Origin: an uncultured Actinomycetota bacterium
GTDB lineage: Bacteria > Actinomycetota > Actinomycetes > Mycobacteriales > CADCTP01
DNA length: 64,000 bases
Direction of reading: 5' to 3'
NCBI GenBank assembly: GCA_963714145.1
Contig: OY970235.1
Span: forward strand, 7,962,499-8,026,498
Below are positions 25,603 to 34,585 of this stretch, one piece after another (positions within the stretch are counted from its first letter, which is position 1; every line of letters begins with the position of its first letter). Under the pieces are notes generated by a model. It had not been told where the DNA came from. It saw only the letters and a list, made by a program, of their open reading frames with translations, and did no database searches. The position numbers and the translations under genes are program-made.

Positions 25603-27213
25603 TCATGACGAGTTGGCCCTGACGTTAGCCATCGCCGCCAGCGCCCGGCTAGTCATTTGCGCCGGTTGGAGCAAATCGAGTGAGGGCTGCTCGACCAATC
25701 CGAGCAGGGCGGTGGCGATCGCCGCGGCGGCGACCGGGGTGGCGAACGACGTGCCGCTCCAGACGGCGAAGCCGGTGCTGAAATCGTCGTCGTCGAGTGC
25801 TTGCCGCCGGTCCAGCGGACGCGGGGCGCCGGTCCGCTCGAGGCCGTTGCCGGCATTTCTGCTGCCTTGCGCGACCGGGTAGGTGCTGGCGATGACGCTG
25901 CCGCTCGCCCAGCAGGTGACCCAGGCCGCCTCGTTGGAGTACAGGGCGATGGAACCGTTCGGGTTGAGTGCTCCGACGGCCAGCAGCGGCAGTGCCGGCG
26001 GGCTCGGATCCAGCGGCAGTTCGATCGACCCGGCGGCCGGATAGAACCGCTCGCTGGTGGCCTCGTTCCCGGCCGCGGCGACGACCAGCACACCCAGCCT
26101 GAGCAGCCTGCGCAGCCGGTCCAGCAGCGGGGTCGCCGCCCGCGGCGACTCGGCGAAGAAGCCGAACGGCAGGCAGAGGATGTCGACGATGGCCGCGGCC
26201 GCGCCGGCCTGCTGCGCGGCGGTGATCTGGTCGATCAGCCGGTCCAGCACGCACAGGACGTCGGCCTCGTAGAGGATTCCATCGCTGTGCATGACCCGGA
26301 CGACCAGCGTGTCAGCGTCCGGCGCGATCTGTGCCACGATGCCCGCGGCGAACGTGCCGTGCCCGGAGTGGCTGTCCAGTTCGCCGATCAGCGGCTGACT
26401 CGACGCCGGTTGGTCCCACTCGTCCAGCAGCACCCGACTGTTCGGGCTCACGGCCTTCTCCTGCTGGCCCAGCAGCCGGACCAGCTGCTGCAGGCCGCCG
26501 TCGACCCGGACCCGGGAGCCCGCGGGCAGCGGGCCGGACGCCGGTATGCCGAGCCACGGGTTCGGCCCGATACCACTGTCCAGAATCGCGATCACCGGTC
26601 GCCGGCGCAGGTCGGGTCGCCGGGCCGGCGGCGCCAGCAGGAGCTCGATCGGCCGGCGGAACGCGAGATCCGGCGGGCCGTACGAGCTGGCCACCCCGCC
26701 GCCCACCGGGCTGCCGTGCCAGGCGCCGTTGTCCGGGTCGACCGGGACTCCCAGCAGCAGGTGTTCCAGCGAGATCTGGGCCACCAGGTCGGGCGGGAGC
26801 TGGCCGGCGCGGGCGGCCGCGCGCAGGATCTGCAGGGCCCGCCAGGCGTCGATCACGGTGGGCAGCGCACCCCGGCTCGCGGCCCGGAGGATCAGCCGGC
26901 CGACCGACGCCGCGGTGAATATCGCCGGCACCACCAGCAGGCCCGCCGGGTTCAGCGCCGCGTTGATCGACGCGATCACCCCGGGGTTGCTGGCGACGGC
27001 GGTGGGGATGAGCAGGACGTGGTGCCGGTAGACGGTCGGACCGAGCGGCGGGTCGTCCGGCAGCGCCTCGGCCCGGGTCGGTTCGAGCACCCTGGCGCTG
27101 TGCCGGCGGAGGTCGTCCGGCGGGATCGGTAGGACCGCCGGCGTCGAGCTGCCGCCGCTCGGCGTGGTTCCCGGCACCTGCAGGTAGACGTGCACGTCTG
27201 CTCCGTTTCTCAA
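25603..27213 (-). CDS. S8 (subtilisin-like) serine peptidase with ~190-aa unknown N-terminal region; no signal peptide
   Basis: Catalytic triad contexts ILDSGIG (Asp), HSGHGTFAAG (His) and SGTSFATPVAAAA (Ser). An alternative start is GTG 27195, which has a GGAG RBS. Confidence 0.85.
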   Translation of the reverse strand: MRNGADVHVYLQVPGTTPSGGSSTPAVLPIPPDDLRRHSARVLEPTRAEALPDDPPLGPTVYRHHVLLIPTAVASNPGVIASINAALNPAGLLVVPAIFTAASVGRLILRAASRGALPTVIDAWRALQILRAAARAGQLPPDLVAQISLEHLLLGVPVDPDNGAWHGSPVGGGVASSYGPPDLAFRRPIELLLAPPARRPDLRRRPVIAILDSGIGPNPWLGIPASGPLPAGSRVRVDGGLQQLVRLLGQQEKAVSPNSRVLLDEWDQPASSQPLIGELDSHSGHGTFAAGIVAQIAPDADTLVVRVMHSDGILYEADVLCVLDRLIDQITAAQQAGAAAAIVDILCLPFGFFAESPRAATPLLDRLRRLLRLGVLVVAAAGNEATSERFYPAAGSIELPLDPSPPALPLLAVGALNPNGSIALYSNEAAWVTCWASGSVIASTYPVAQGSRNAGNGLERTGAPRPLDRRQALDDDDFSTGFAVWSGTSFATPVAAAAIATALLGLVEQPSLDLLQPAQMTSRALAAMANVRANSS

Positions 27214-27333
27214 GGGCGGTCGCGGTGGCCGACCGGCAGAAGATAGGTGGGCCCGACCCCGGCCCTGGATACCGGTGCGGGCGGCTGCGCGCCGGCGCCC
27301 CCGTCGGCGCCGGCGCGGGTTGGTCCCGGCCGG

Positions 27334-29085
27334 TCAGGCCCGGCGTGGGGTGATGACCCGGGTGTGGATGGCCGCGCCGGTGGTCGCGCTCCTGGCCACG
27401 CTGGTCGCGGTGTGGATCGCGGTCACCTCCAGCCTGCCGTCGGCGACGATGTCCAGGACGCCGAGCACCAGCGGTCCGCCGGTGGGGCCGGCGACCTCGC
27501 GCAGGCTGCAGCAGTCGTCCATGGTCGCCTCACCGGGCAGCAGGACGATCTCGGCGAAGCGCCGGGCCGGCTGCCGGTCCGGTTCGCGGCCGATCACCCG
27601 GCCCTGCCGCACGAGCGTGGCGAACCGCTTCTCGATCCGGATCGGGCAGCTGGTCGGGTTGTAGATCGTGACGGCGGTGGCGTACCGGCCGTCCACGACG
27701 GTGCGGCAGTCGTCGGCGGGGTCGGCCGGGTCCGGACCCTCGACGCCGCAGACCATCTCCACCGAGTGGTGCCAGCGGCAGGCCGGCACGGTCACGGTGA
27801 CCGGCTTGCTGGCCACCACGACGCCGTCGGCCACGACGTCGAGGGCGCCGGTGAACACCTGGTCCTTGTCGCCGCAGTCGCGGTCGCCGGTCCACACCAC
27901 CTCGAACGGCAGCACGTGCTGGACGTTGCCGGGCAGCGGGCCGTAGCCGCCGGCCGGGGTGATCCCGGTGACGAACCCGGTGATCTGGCCGGTGGGGGCG
28001 AGCGTGACCGAACCGGTCTCGCCGACCGCCGCGGCGATCAGCTTCGCCAGGGTGTCCACGATCGCGCCGGCGTCCACACCGGTGGTGTGCGAGCCGCCGG
28101 TGGCCGCCGCGATCTCGGTCGCCTGGCCCGGGGTGCCGCCGGCGGCGCACGGGTAGTCGATGCCGGCCGGGTTGTCGTCCAGGCCGGCCGGCAACCCGGT
28201 GGTGGTGCTGACCGCGATCACGGTGTGGCCGGCCAGGTCGGTGGTGACGCTGGCCTGGGTGAGATCCGCCGGCAGGCCGGTGAGCGAGGCGCAGACCGGG
28301 TCGTGGCCGGGGGCGTCGCCGAACCAGACGATGATCCGCTTGCTGCCCGGGCGCCACCCGGTGGCCGGGTCGGTCGCGATCCGGTGCAGCGCGTAGAGCT
28401 GGCCCTCCGGGGCGTCGCCGCCCTCGCCGTTGGTCGTCCAGGCGGCCACCGCGGCGAGCGCCGCGGGGACGGTCGACGCGCTGGGCGAGAGCTGGTGCGC
28501 GAAGGCGTACGAGCTGCTGCCGGGCACCGGGAAGTCGCGGTAGTTGCCCACCCCCCAGGCCACGTCCACGCCGGGGAAGCTGCCGATGATCGTGGTGCTG
28601 CCGGCCTTCACCGCGTCGATCACCGGCGCCATGCTGCCGGTCGTGTCGGCCAGCAGGTAGACGTCCGCCTTCGGGTTCGCGCCGGACTTGGGGATCGTGA
28701 CGACGACCGTCTCGTGCTCGGTCGCGCACTTGGGCAGCGTCCAGTTGTTGGAGATCGGGTTGATCCGCACCGGGTCGCGGCGGACGACGACCGGGCCGGT
28801 CGGCGGGTGCACGTCCGGGATGAAGAGCGGCCGGCCGGCGCGTGCCTCCAGTTCGTCCCGGCGGTGCACCGCGGCGGCGGCGTCGACGGCCAGCGCGGCG
28901 GTCCGGTTCCGCTTGCCGCGGATCGCCGCGGTCACCAGCCGGACGGTCTCGCCGGTCGGCATCCGGTCGGACACGTCGGCGACGATCTCGATGTCGGTGC
29001 TGCGCAGTACCTCGGCGAGCGCCGCCCGGACCGCCCCGGTCGGGTCCGGTGCCGCGGCGCCCGGCGTGTTGTCGGTTGAGCTCAT
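27334..29085 (-). CDS. von Willebrand factor A (vWA) domain protein with Ig-like and Cys-rich C-terminal domains
   Basis: MIDAS-like DTTGSM, ...WFGDAPGHDP. C-terminal ACRWHHSVEMVCG...DDCRTVVDGRYATAVTIYNPTSCPIRIEK...DDCCSLREV. No signal peptide. Confidence 0.8.
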   Translation of the reverse strand: MSSTDNTPGAAAPDPTGAVRAALAEVLRSTDIEIVADVSDRMPTGETVRLVTAAIRGKRNRTAALAVDAAAAVHRRDELEARAGRPLFIPDVHPPTGPVVVRRDPVRINPISNNWTLPKCATEHETVVVTIPKSGANPKADVYLLADTTGSMAPVIDAVKAGSTTIIGSFPGVDVAWGVGNYRDFPVPGSSSYAFAHQLSPSASTVPAALAAVAAWTTNGEGGDAPEGQLYALHRIATDPATGWRPGSKRIIVWFGDAPGHDPVCASLTGLPADLTQASVTTDLAGHTVIAVSTTTGLPAGLDDNPAGIDYPCAAGGTPGQATEIAAATGGSHTTGVDAGAIVDTLAKLIAAAVGETGSVTLAPTGQITGFVTGITPAGGYGPLPGNVQHVLPFEVVWTGDRDCGDKDQVFTGALDVVADGVVVASKPVTVTVPACRWHHSVEMVCGVEGPDPADPADDCRTVVDGRYATAVTIYNPTSCPIRIEKRFATLVRQGRVIGREPDRQPARRFAEIVLLPGEATMDDCCSLREVAGPTGGPLVLGVLDIVADGRLEVTAIHTATSVARSATTGAAIHTRVITPRRA

Positions 29086-29274
29086 CTGCTTCTCCCTGGC
29101 TGGCGGCGGCTGGCCGCCGCTGTCCTGGCCGGCATCGCCGGCACTGTGACTGACACCAGGCCAGTGGGCCTCCGCGCGCCGCCGGGTACCCGCCGCGCCG
29201 GCTCGGCGGCGGTCTGCCCGATCGGATCGACCTGCCGGGCATCCGCCAGCCCCGCTCCGCCCCGCGCGGTCGGG

Positions 29275-30202
29275 CTAGGCCGGGGCGCGCACCGGCGGGT
29301 CGCCCCCGGCCGGGGGCAGGGCGGTGGCCTGGGCGTTGCCCATGAGGGCGTCGATCTCGTCGCCGGGGTGGTATTCGAAGCGGATCCGGACGCGGCTGTG
29401 CGCGTCCACGCACAGCGGCCGGCGCAGCGGCACGATCAGGTAGCCCATCAGCCAGTCCACGCTGGCCGGCGGGCGCAGCCGGACCGCGAGCAGGTTCTTG
29501 GTGACGATCCGGATCGCGTTCGAGCTGCCCGCCGCGGTCCATCGTGACGGCCAGGTCGGCCGCGCAGGTCGCCGGCAGCGGGTCGGCGTAGAAGAACTGC
29601 TGGAACACCTGCGGGGCGGCGAGCTCGATGGTCCGCGGCTGGATCGAGAACGCGTGCTGGAAGATCGGCACCGGCACCGGGTAGCCGTGGAAGGTGAAGT
29701 CCTGCTGCACCGGCTGGACGGCCTGGACGCACGCCGCCGGCATGAACCGGGGCGCCGGGGGGCCGAACCGCTCCAGGTAGCGTCGCTGGAAGCCGGCGAC
29801 CACGTCGATCTGCCGCTCGCGCAGCTGCCCGACATGCAGCATCTCGCAGATCACCACGTCGACCGGCTCATCCGGGAGGTAGCTGTGGGCGTCCGCGTGC
29901 ACCACCCGGACCCGGTCGCCCACCGCGTCGGCCAGCGCCGCCCGGGCCACCCGGAACACGCCCGGATCCTGCTCCACCGCGGTGACGTACGCGCCTTGCT
30001 GCGCGGCGAAGTAGGACAGCACCCCGGTGCCGGCGCCGAGGTCCAGTACGTGCATCCCGGCGCGGACCACCTCGGTGATCGCCGCCCGGAACGCGGCCAT
30101 CCGGTGCTCGTCCAGCAGCATCTGCGCCTGGTATTGCAGCGGGATGAGGTCGGCGGGCGCCGCGGGCCGTCGCCGGTCCGGCCGCGCCTGCCTACCGGAC
30201 AT
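29275..30202 (-). pseudogene. Class I SAM-dependent (PRMT-like) methyltransferase with one apparent frameshift
   Basis: VLDLGAGTGVLSYFAAQQGAYVTAVE, ...DVVICEMLH. The frame changes near 29525 (..AADLAVTMDRGG | SSNAIRIVTKNLLAVRLRP..WLMGYLIVPL..). Confidence 0.7.
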
Positions 30203-30346
30203 GCCCGGCCCTCTCTGGCGATCCTTCGCGTTTAGGTCGAACCGGGCGTCCATGCCCCGGGGGATAGCTCACCCCCGTCGGCTCTTCGGCCGGCCGCCGG
30301 CCGAGTTGAGGAGAACCAGAGTTGAGCGACCGGCCGGCGGCCGGGG

Positions 30347-31405
30347 TCAGGCGGCCGGCGCGAGCAGCGCGAAGAGGCGGGAGCCGACGAGGCCGGGTGG
30401 CCCCTCGTACCTGGCCGCGGCGACGATCGCCTGACCGGCCGCCCAGGGCTGGTTGTCGAGCAGGACCTCGGCGGTCATCGGCGTCCGGTCCTGGTGCATC
30501 GTGAACACGCGCAGGCTGTGCACCGCGCGGGACAGCGGCACGCCACCCAGCGCGGCCAGCAGCGCGTCCAGCAGCGGGCCGATCGGCGCCGGCGGGGCGG
30601 CCGAGTAGAGGCCGAGCAGCGGGCCGAGGCAGACGTCGAACGCGCCCCCCGGGTGGCTGAGCCGGTCCCATTCCACCTGGTCGGCGCCGGCCGACCGGTC
30701 CAGCAGGACGGCCAGGATCGGGTGCAGGCTGCCCCGGCCGAACTTCCGGACGGTCTGCCCGAGCGCGTCCTGCCAGGTCTCACCGACGCCGGCGAAGCTC
30801 TCCACGACCCGATCCTTGGCCAGCGCCGGGTGCCGCACGACGAAGTCGACCTGCACCATGAGCTGGCGCCCCGGCGGGTGCGGGAAGACCTGCGCGTCGA
30901 ACTCGAGCGCGCCGACCCGGGAGCCGTCGACGGCGAAGCCGTGCTCCCGCAGCAGGCCGGCGAACGCCTCCCGGACCGACGGCACACCGCCGTCGCCGGT
31001 GCCCATCGGCGGCAGCGGCTGCGGCAAGGTGAGCGGCAGCAGTTCCAGGTCGGCCGCCGCCGAGCCCGCGTTCAGCGCCTCGTTGACCGCGGTCACCTCG
31101 GAGCTGCGCAGGCCGATCCGGCGCACCTCGTCCCGGTTGGCGGTCGCGGCCCGGGCCGTCGCCGCCTGGAAGACCGGATCGCCGGCCAGCGGGCGGGTCA
31201 CCTCGCCGTCGACGAAGTCGGCCGAGGCGGTGACCGCGCCCAGCAGCACCCGGCCGAAGGCCACCGGCAGGAAGACCAGCAGCCGCTCGGCCAGCCAGGG
31301 CTCGACCCCCTGCCGGGTCAGCGTGGTGTACACGTCCGCATCGTCGGGCGGGCTCTCGCCCTGGAGGAACGCCGCGATCCCGGCGACAACGGCTGCATCG
31401 AACAC
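30347..31405 (-). CDS. Hypothetical protein (352 aa)
   Basis: Coherent long frame with high third-position GC. No motif recognised. Confidence 0.55.
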   Translation of the reverse strand: MFDAAVVAGIAAFLQGESPPDDADVYTTLTRQGVEPWLAERLLVFLPVAFGRVLLGAVTASADFVDGEVTRPLAGDPVFQAATARAATANRDEVRRIGLRSSEVTAVNEALNAGSAAADLELLPLTLPQPLPPMGTGDGGVPSVREAFAGLLREHGFAVDGSRVGALEFDAQVFPHPPGRQLMVQVDFVVRHPALAKDRVVESFAGVGETWQDALGQTVRKFGRGSLHPILAVLLDRSAGADQVEWDRLSHPGGAFDVCLGPLLGLYSAAPPAPIGPLLDALLAALGGVPLSRAVHSLRVFTMHQDRTPMTAEVLLDNQPWAAGQAIVAAARYEGPPGLVGSRLFALLAPAA

Positions 31406-31570
31406 GCGCCAGACAGTACCGACCGGCGCCGCCCGGCTGGGCCAGGCAACGGCGCTCGGCGACCCTGCGGTAGCTGGCCCGGCCGAGCGGAGGGCACGGC
31501 CGGGCGGCGGCCCGGCCGGGGGTGGAGGCTCGGCCGGCGGGCGGCTCGGCCGGCGGGCGGCTCGGCCGGG

Positions 31571-32263
31571 CTAGATCAGGGACAGGACGTGGTCGAGGCC
31601 GCGCGGGCCGGTCTTCGCCGGCCGGGGGAGCAGGAAGACGCACATCCCGGCGGTGACCGCGCCGGAGTCGGTGAGCGGGTTGTCGCCGACCATGAGGGTG
31701 CGCTCCGGGTTCACCTGGAGCTCGTCGCAGGCGGTGAGGAACGACTTGACGGCGGGCTTGCAGACGCCGGTCTCGCAGGACATCACGACGGCGTCCAGGA
31801 ACGGCGAGATGCCCAGCTGGTCCAGTGCCGGGCGCAGATCGAAGCCGGTGTCGCTGAGCACGCCGATCCGCAGGCCCTGGTCGCGGACCGCGCGCAGCAC
31901 CGGCAGCGTGTCCGGGAAGGCTTCCCAGGAGTCGGCGCTGACGGTGAGCGCGTACAGCTCGTCGCTCAGCCCGGGCACCAGCCGCTCGGAGCCGGCCGCC
32001 CGGTAGAGCGCGGTCCACACCTCGTGGTGCGTGGTGCTGGACAGGTCGCGGCCCTTGGCCAGCTCCTCGGCGGTGCTGCTGCGATCCAGCACCCGCCGCC
32101 AGACCTGGCCGACCTCCTCCGGGTCGAGCTCGTCGGCGCCGAGCGTGGCCGCGGCCTTGTGCAGCAGCTTCTCGCCGCTGCCGGCCAGCCGGATCAGCGT
32201 GTCACCGGCGTCGAACAGGACCGCCTCGAACTGGCTCAGACTCACGTCCCCGTCTCTCCTCAT
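31571..32263 (-). CDS. HAD-superfamily hydrolase (phosphatase-like)
   Basis: Motif I VLFDAGDTL, the CKP lysine motif and MVGDNPLTD. The ATG overlaps the upstream stop (ATGA). Confidence 0.8.
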   Translation of the reverse strand: MRRDGDVSLSQFEAVLFDAGDTLIRLAGSGEKLLHKAAATLGADELDPEEVGQVWRRVLDRSSTAEELAKGRDLSSTTHHEVWTALYRAAGSERLVPGLSDELYALTVSADSWEAFPDTLPVLRAVRDQGLRIGVLSDTGFDLRPALDQLGISPFLDAVVMSCETGVCKPAVKSFLTACDELQVNPERTLMVGDNPLTDSGAVTAGMCVFLLPRPAKTGPRGLDHVLSLI

Positions 32264-33099
32264 ACTCCGGCGCCAAACTCCACGAACAGGCCCTGACCAG
32301 GGTCGTACCGGCGGCCGGGAAGCGCCGCGGTCCGGGTCGCCGGCGAGCGGCGCCCGCCGCCGTTTGGGCGGTTCCGGACGACCGTGTGCGCCGCCACCGC
32401 CGGGCGGTGGTTGACGACCGTGGACACCGCCGCGACCGGGCGGTGGTACCAGAGCCAGCCCACGTCCCGGCCGAACGACTCGACCAGCAGGGCCAGTGCC
32501 ACCGCCACCACCCCGATCGACAGCGGCCCGGGCAGCACGCCCGCCGCCGCGACCACCAGCGTGACTCCCTGCGTAGCCGCGACCACCTTCCGCCAGAAGC
32601 GCGCCGGCAACGACCCGCGCATCCAGGGCAGTACCCAGGCGGCGGCGACGTACGCATACCGCATCGCACCGATCGCGAGCACCCACCCACCCAGCGCGCG
32701 CGTGGCGTAACCGCTGAGCACCAGGATGAGGAAGGCGTCCACCTCCATGTCGAAGCGGGCGCCGAACGCGGAGACGGTGTTGGTGCGCCGGGCGACCTTG
32801 CCGTCCACCCCGTCCAGCAGCAGGGCCACGGCGCCGAGGGCGACCAGGACGGCCACCGGCACCGGCCGCCAGAACGAGTCGACCGTGAGTGCCGTCACAC
32901 CGCCGGCGAGCGTCGCCCGGGTGAGCGTGACCCGGTTGGCCGGCCCGAGCGTGGTCTTGCCCGATCGGTGCAGGCCCCAGGTGACCGCCGCGCACAGGGC
33001 CAGGCCGTACGCGATGCCGGCCAGCCAGCCCGCAGCACCGAGCCCGACGACCCGCGCTAGGGCCGTGAGCAGGACAATCTGGCCTGCCAGCCCGATCAT
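32260..33099 (-). CDS. CDP-alcohol phosphatidyltransferase family membrane protein
   Basis: DGVDGKVARRTNTVSAFGARFDMEVDAF matches D-G-x2-A-R-x8-G-x3-D-x3-D. Polytopic. Confidence 0.85.
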   Translation of the reverse strand: MIGLAGQIVLLTALARVVGLGAAGWLAGIAYGLALCAAVTWGLHRSGKTTLGPANRVTLTRATLAGGVTALTVDSFWRPVPVAVLVALGAVALLLDGVDGKVARRTNTVSAFGARFDMEVDAFLILVLSGYATRALGGWVLAIGAMRYAYVAAAWVLPWMRGSLPARFWRKVVAATQGVTLVVAAAGVLPGPLSIGVVAVALALLVESFGRDVGWLWYHRPVAAVSTVVNHRPAVAAHTVVRNRPNGGGRRSPATRTAALPGRRYDPGQGLFVEFGAGV

Positions 33100-33202
33100 C
33101 GGGCCACTTCCAACCGTGCGCACCGTGCCTCCGTGGACTATGGGGGTCCGTGGTCGGGTAACACGGGCCGGGCGCCGGTTCGGTTCAGAGGGGGGGACGT
33201 CG

Positions 33203-34180
33203 ATGACGGCCGAGGCCAGTGCGTTCTGGCTGCGTGAGCCCGGTGTGGGCGAGATCCGGCCGGCCACCGCGGCGGCTCCGGGCGACGGCGAGGTCCGGGT
33301 CCGGACCCGCTATTCCGGGATCAGCCGGGGCACCGAGACGCTGGTCTTCACCGGCGGCGTGCCGGCCAGCCAGTACGCCGCCATGCGCGCGCCGTTCCAG
33401 CAGGGCGACTTTCCCGGGCCGGTCAAGTACGGCTACCTCAACGTCGGCGTGGTCGAGGCGGGCCCACCCGAACTGCTGGACCGGACCGTCTTCTGCCTCT
33501 ACCCGCACCAGACCTGCTACACGGTTCCCGCCGCTGCCGTCGTTCCGGTGCCGGCCGGGGTGCCGGCGGCCCGGGCCGTGCTGGCCGGGACGGTCGAGAC
33601 CGCGGTGAACGCACTCTGGGACGCCGCGCCGCTGGTCGGCGACCGGGTCACGGTGGTCGGCGCCGGGATGGTCGGCTGCTGCGTCGCGGCGCTGCTGGCC
33701 CGGTTCCCCGGCGTCCGGGTCCAGTTGGTCGACACGGACCCGGGCCGGGCCGCGGTCGCCGCCGCGCTGGGCGTCGAGTTCGTGCCGCCGGCGGACGCGG
33801 CCGGCGGCCGGGACCTGGTGGTGCACGCCAGCGCGACGGCCGCCGGGCTGCGCCGGTCGCTGGAGCTGCTCGGGCCCGAGGGCACGGTGATCGAACTGTC
33901 CTGGTACGGGGACCGCGAGGTCAGCCTGGCGCTGGGCGGCTCGTTCCACTCCGGCCGGCTGACGATCCGGGCCAGCCAGGTGGGCATGGTCGCGCCGGCC
34001 CGGCGGGCCAGCCGGACCTTCGCCGACCGCCTCGCGCTCGCCCTCGACCTGCTGCACGACCCCGGGTTCGACGCGTTGATCACCGGCGAGTCCCGGTTCG
34101 AGGAGCTACCGGACGTGCTCGGCCGGCTGGCCGCGGGCACCCTTCCGGCGTTGTGCCACCTCATCACCTACAGGGAGTGA
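33203..34180 (+). CDS. MDR-family (zinc-type/BchC-like) dehydrogenase
   Basis: GISRGTETLV..., VVGAGMVGCC Rossmann motif. ATG at 33203. Confidence 0.8.
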   Translation: MTAEASAFWLREPGVGEIRPATAAAPGDGEVRVRTRYSGISRGTETLVFTGGVPASQYAAMRAPFQQGDFPGPVKYGYLNVGVVEAGPPELLDRTVFCLYPHQTCYTVPAAAVVPVPAGVPAARAVLAGTVETAVNALWDAAPLVGDRVTVVGAGMVGCCVAALLARFPGVRVQLVDTDPGRAAVAAALGVEFVPPADAAGGRDLVVHASATAAGLRRSLELLGPEGTVIELSWYGDREVSLALGGSFHSGRLTIRASQVGMVAPARRASRTFADRLALALDLLHDPGFDALITGESRFEELPDVLGRLAAGTLPALCHLITYRE

Positions 34181-34186
34181 GAACAA

Positions 34187-34585
34187 GTGTTCAGCGTGAC
34201 TGTCCGTGATCACATGATGATCGCCCACAGCTTCCGCGGCGAGGTCTTCGGCCCCGCCCAGCGCCTGCACGGCGCGACCTTCGTGGTCGACGCCACCTTC
34301 CGGCGCCCCGACCTGGACGCCGACGGCATCGTCGTCGACATCGGCGCCGCCGCCCAGCAGTTGAACGCCGTGGTCGGTGAGCTCAGCTACCGCAACCTGG
34401 ACGACGAGCCCGCCTTCGCCGGCGTCAACACGTCCACCGAACTGCTCGCGCGGGTGATCGCCGACCGCCTCGCCGACCGCATCGACGCCGGTGCCCTCGG
34501 CGACGGCGCCCGCGGCCTGACCGGCATCACCGTCACCCTGCACGAGTCGCACATCGCCTGGGCCAGCTACGAGCGGACCCGGTAG
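34187..34585 (+). CDS. 6-pyruvoyl-tetrahydropterin synthase (PTPS/QueD, COG0720) family protein, divergent
   Basis: MIAHSF...[13 protein letters not shown]...NLDD... T-fold pattern. The usual HGH reads HGA here. Confidence 0.8.
   Translation: MFSVTVRDHMMIAHSFRGEVFGPAQRLHGATFVVDATFRRPDLDADGIVVDIGAAAQQLNAVVGELSYRNLDDEPAFAGVNTSTELLARVIADRLADRIDAGALGDGARGLTGITVTLHESHIAWASYERTR

Noticed and set aside
27530-30253. 907-aa minus-strand ORF
   Set aside because: Only its first ~225 aa (methyltransferase N-terminus from ATG 30202) look real. The rest is out-of-frame read-through across the vWA gene, whose true frame is 27334..29085.
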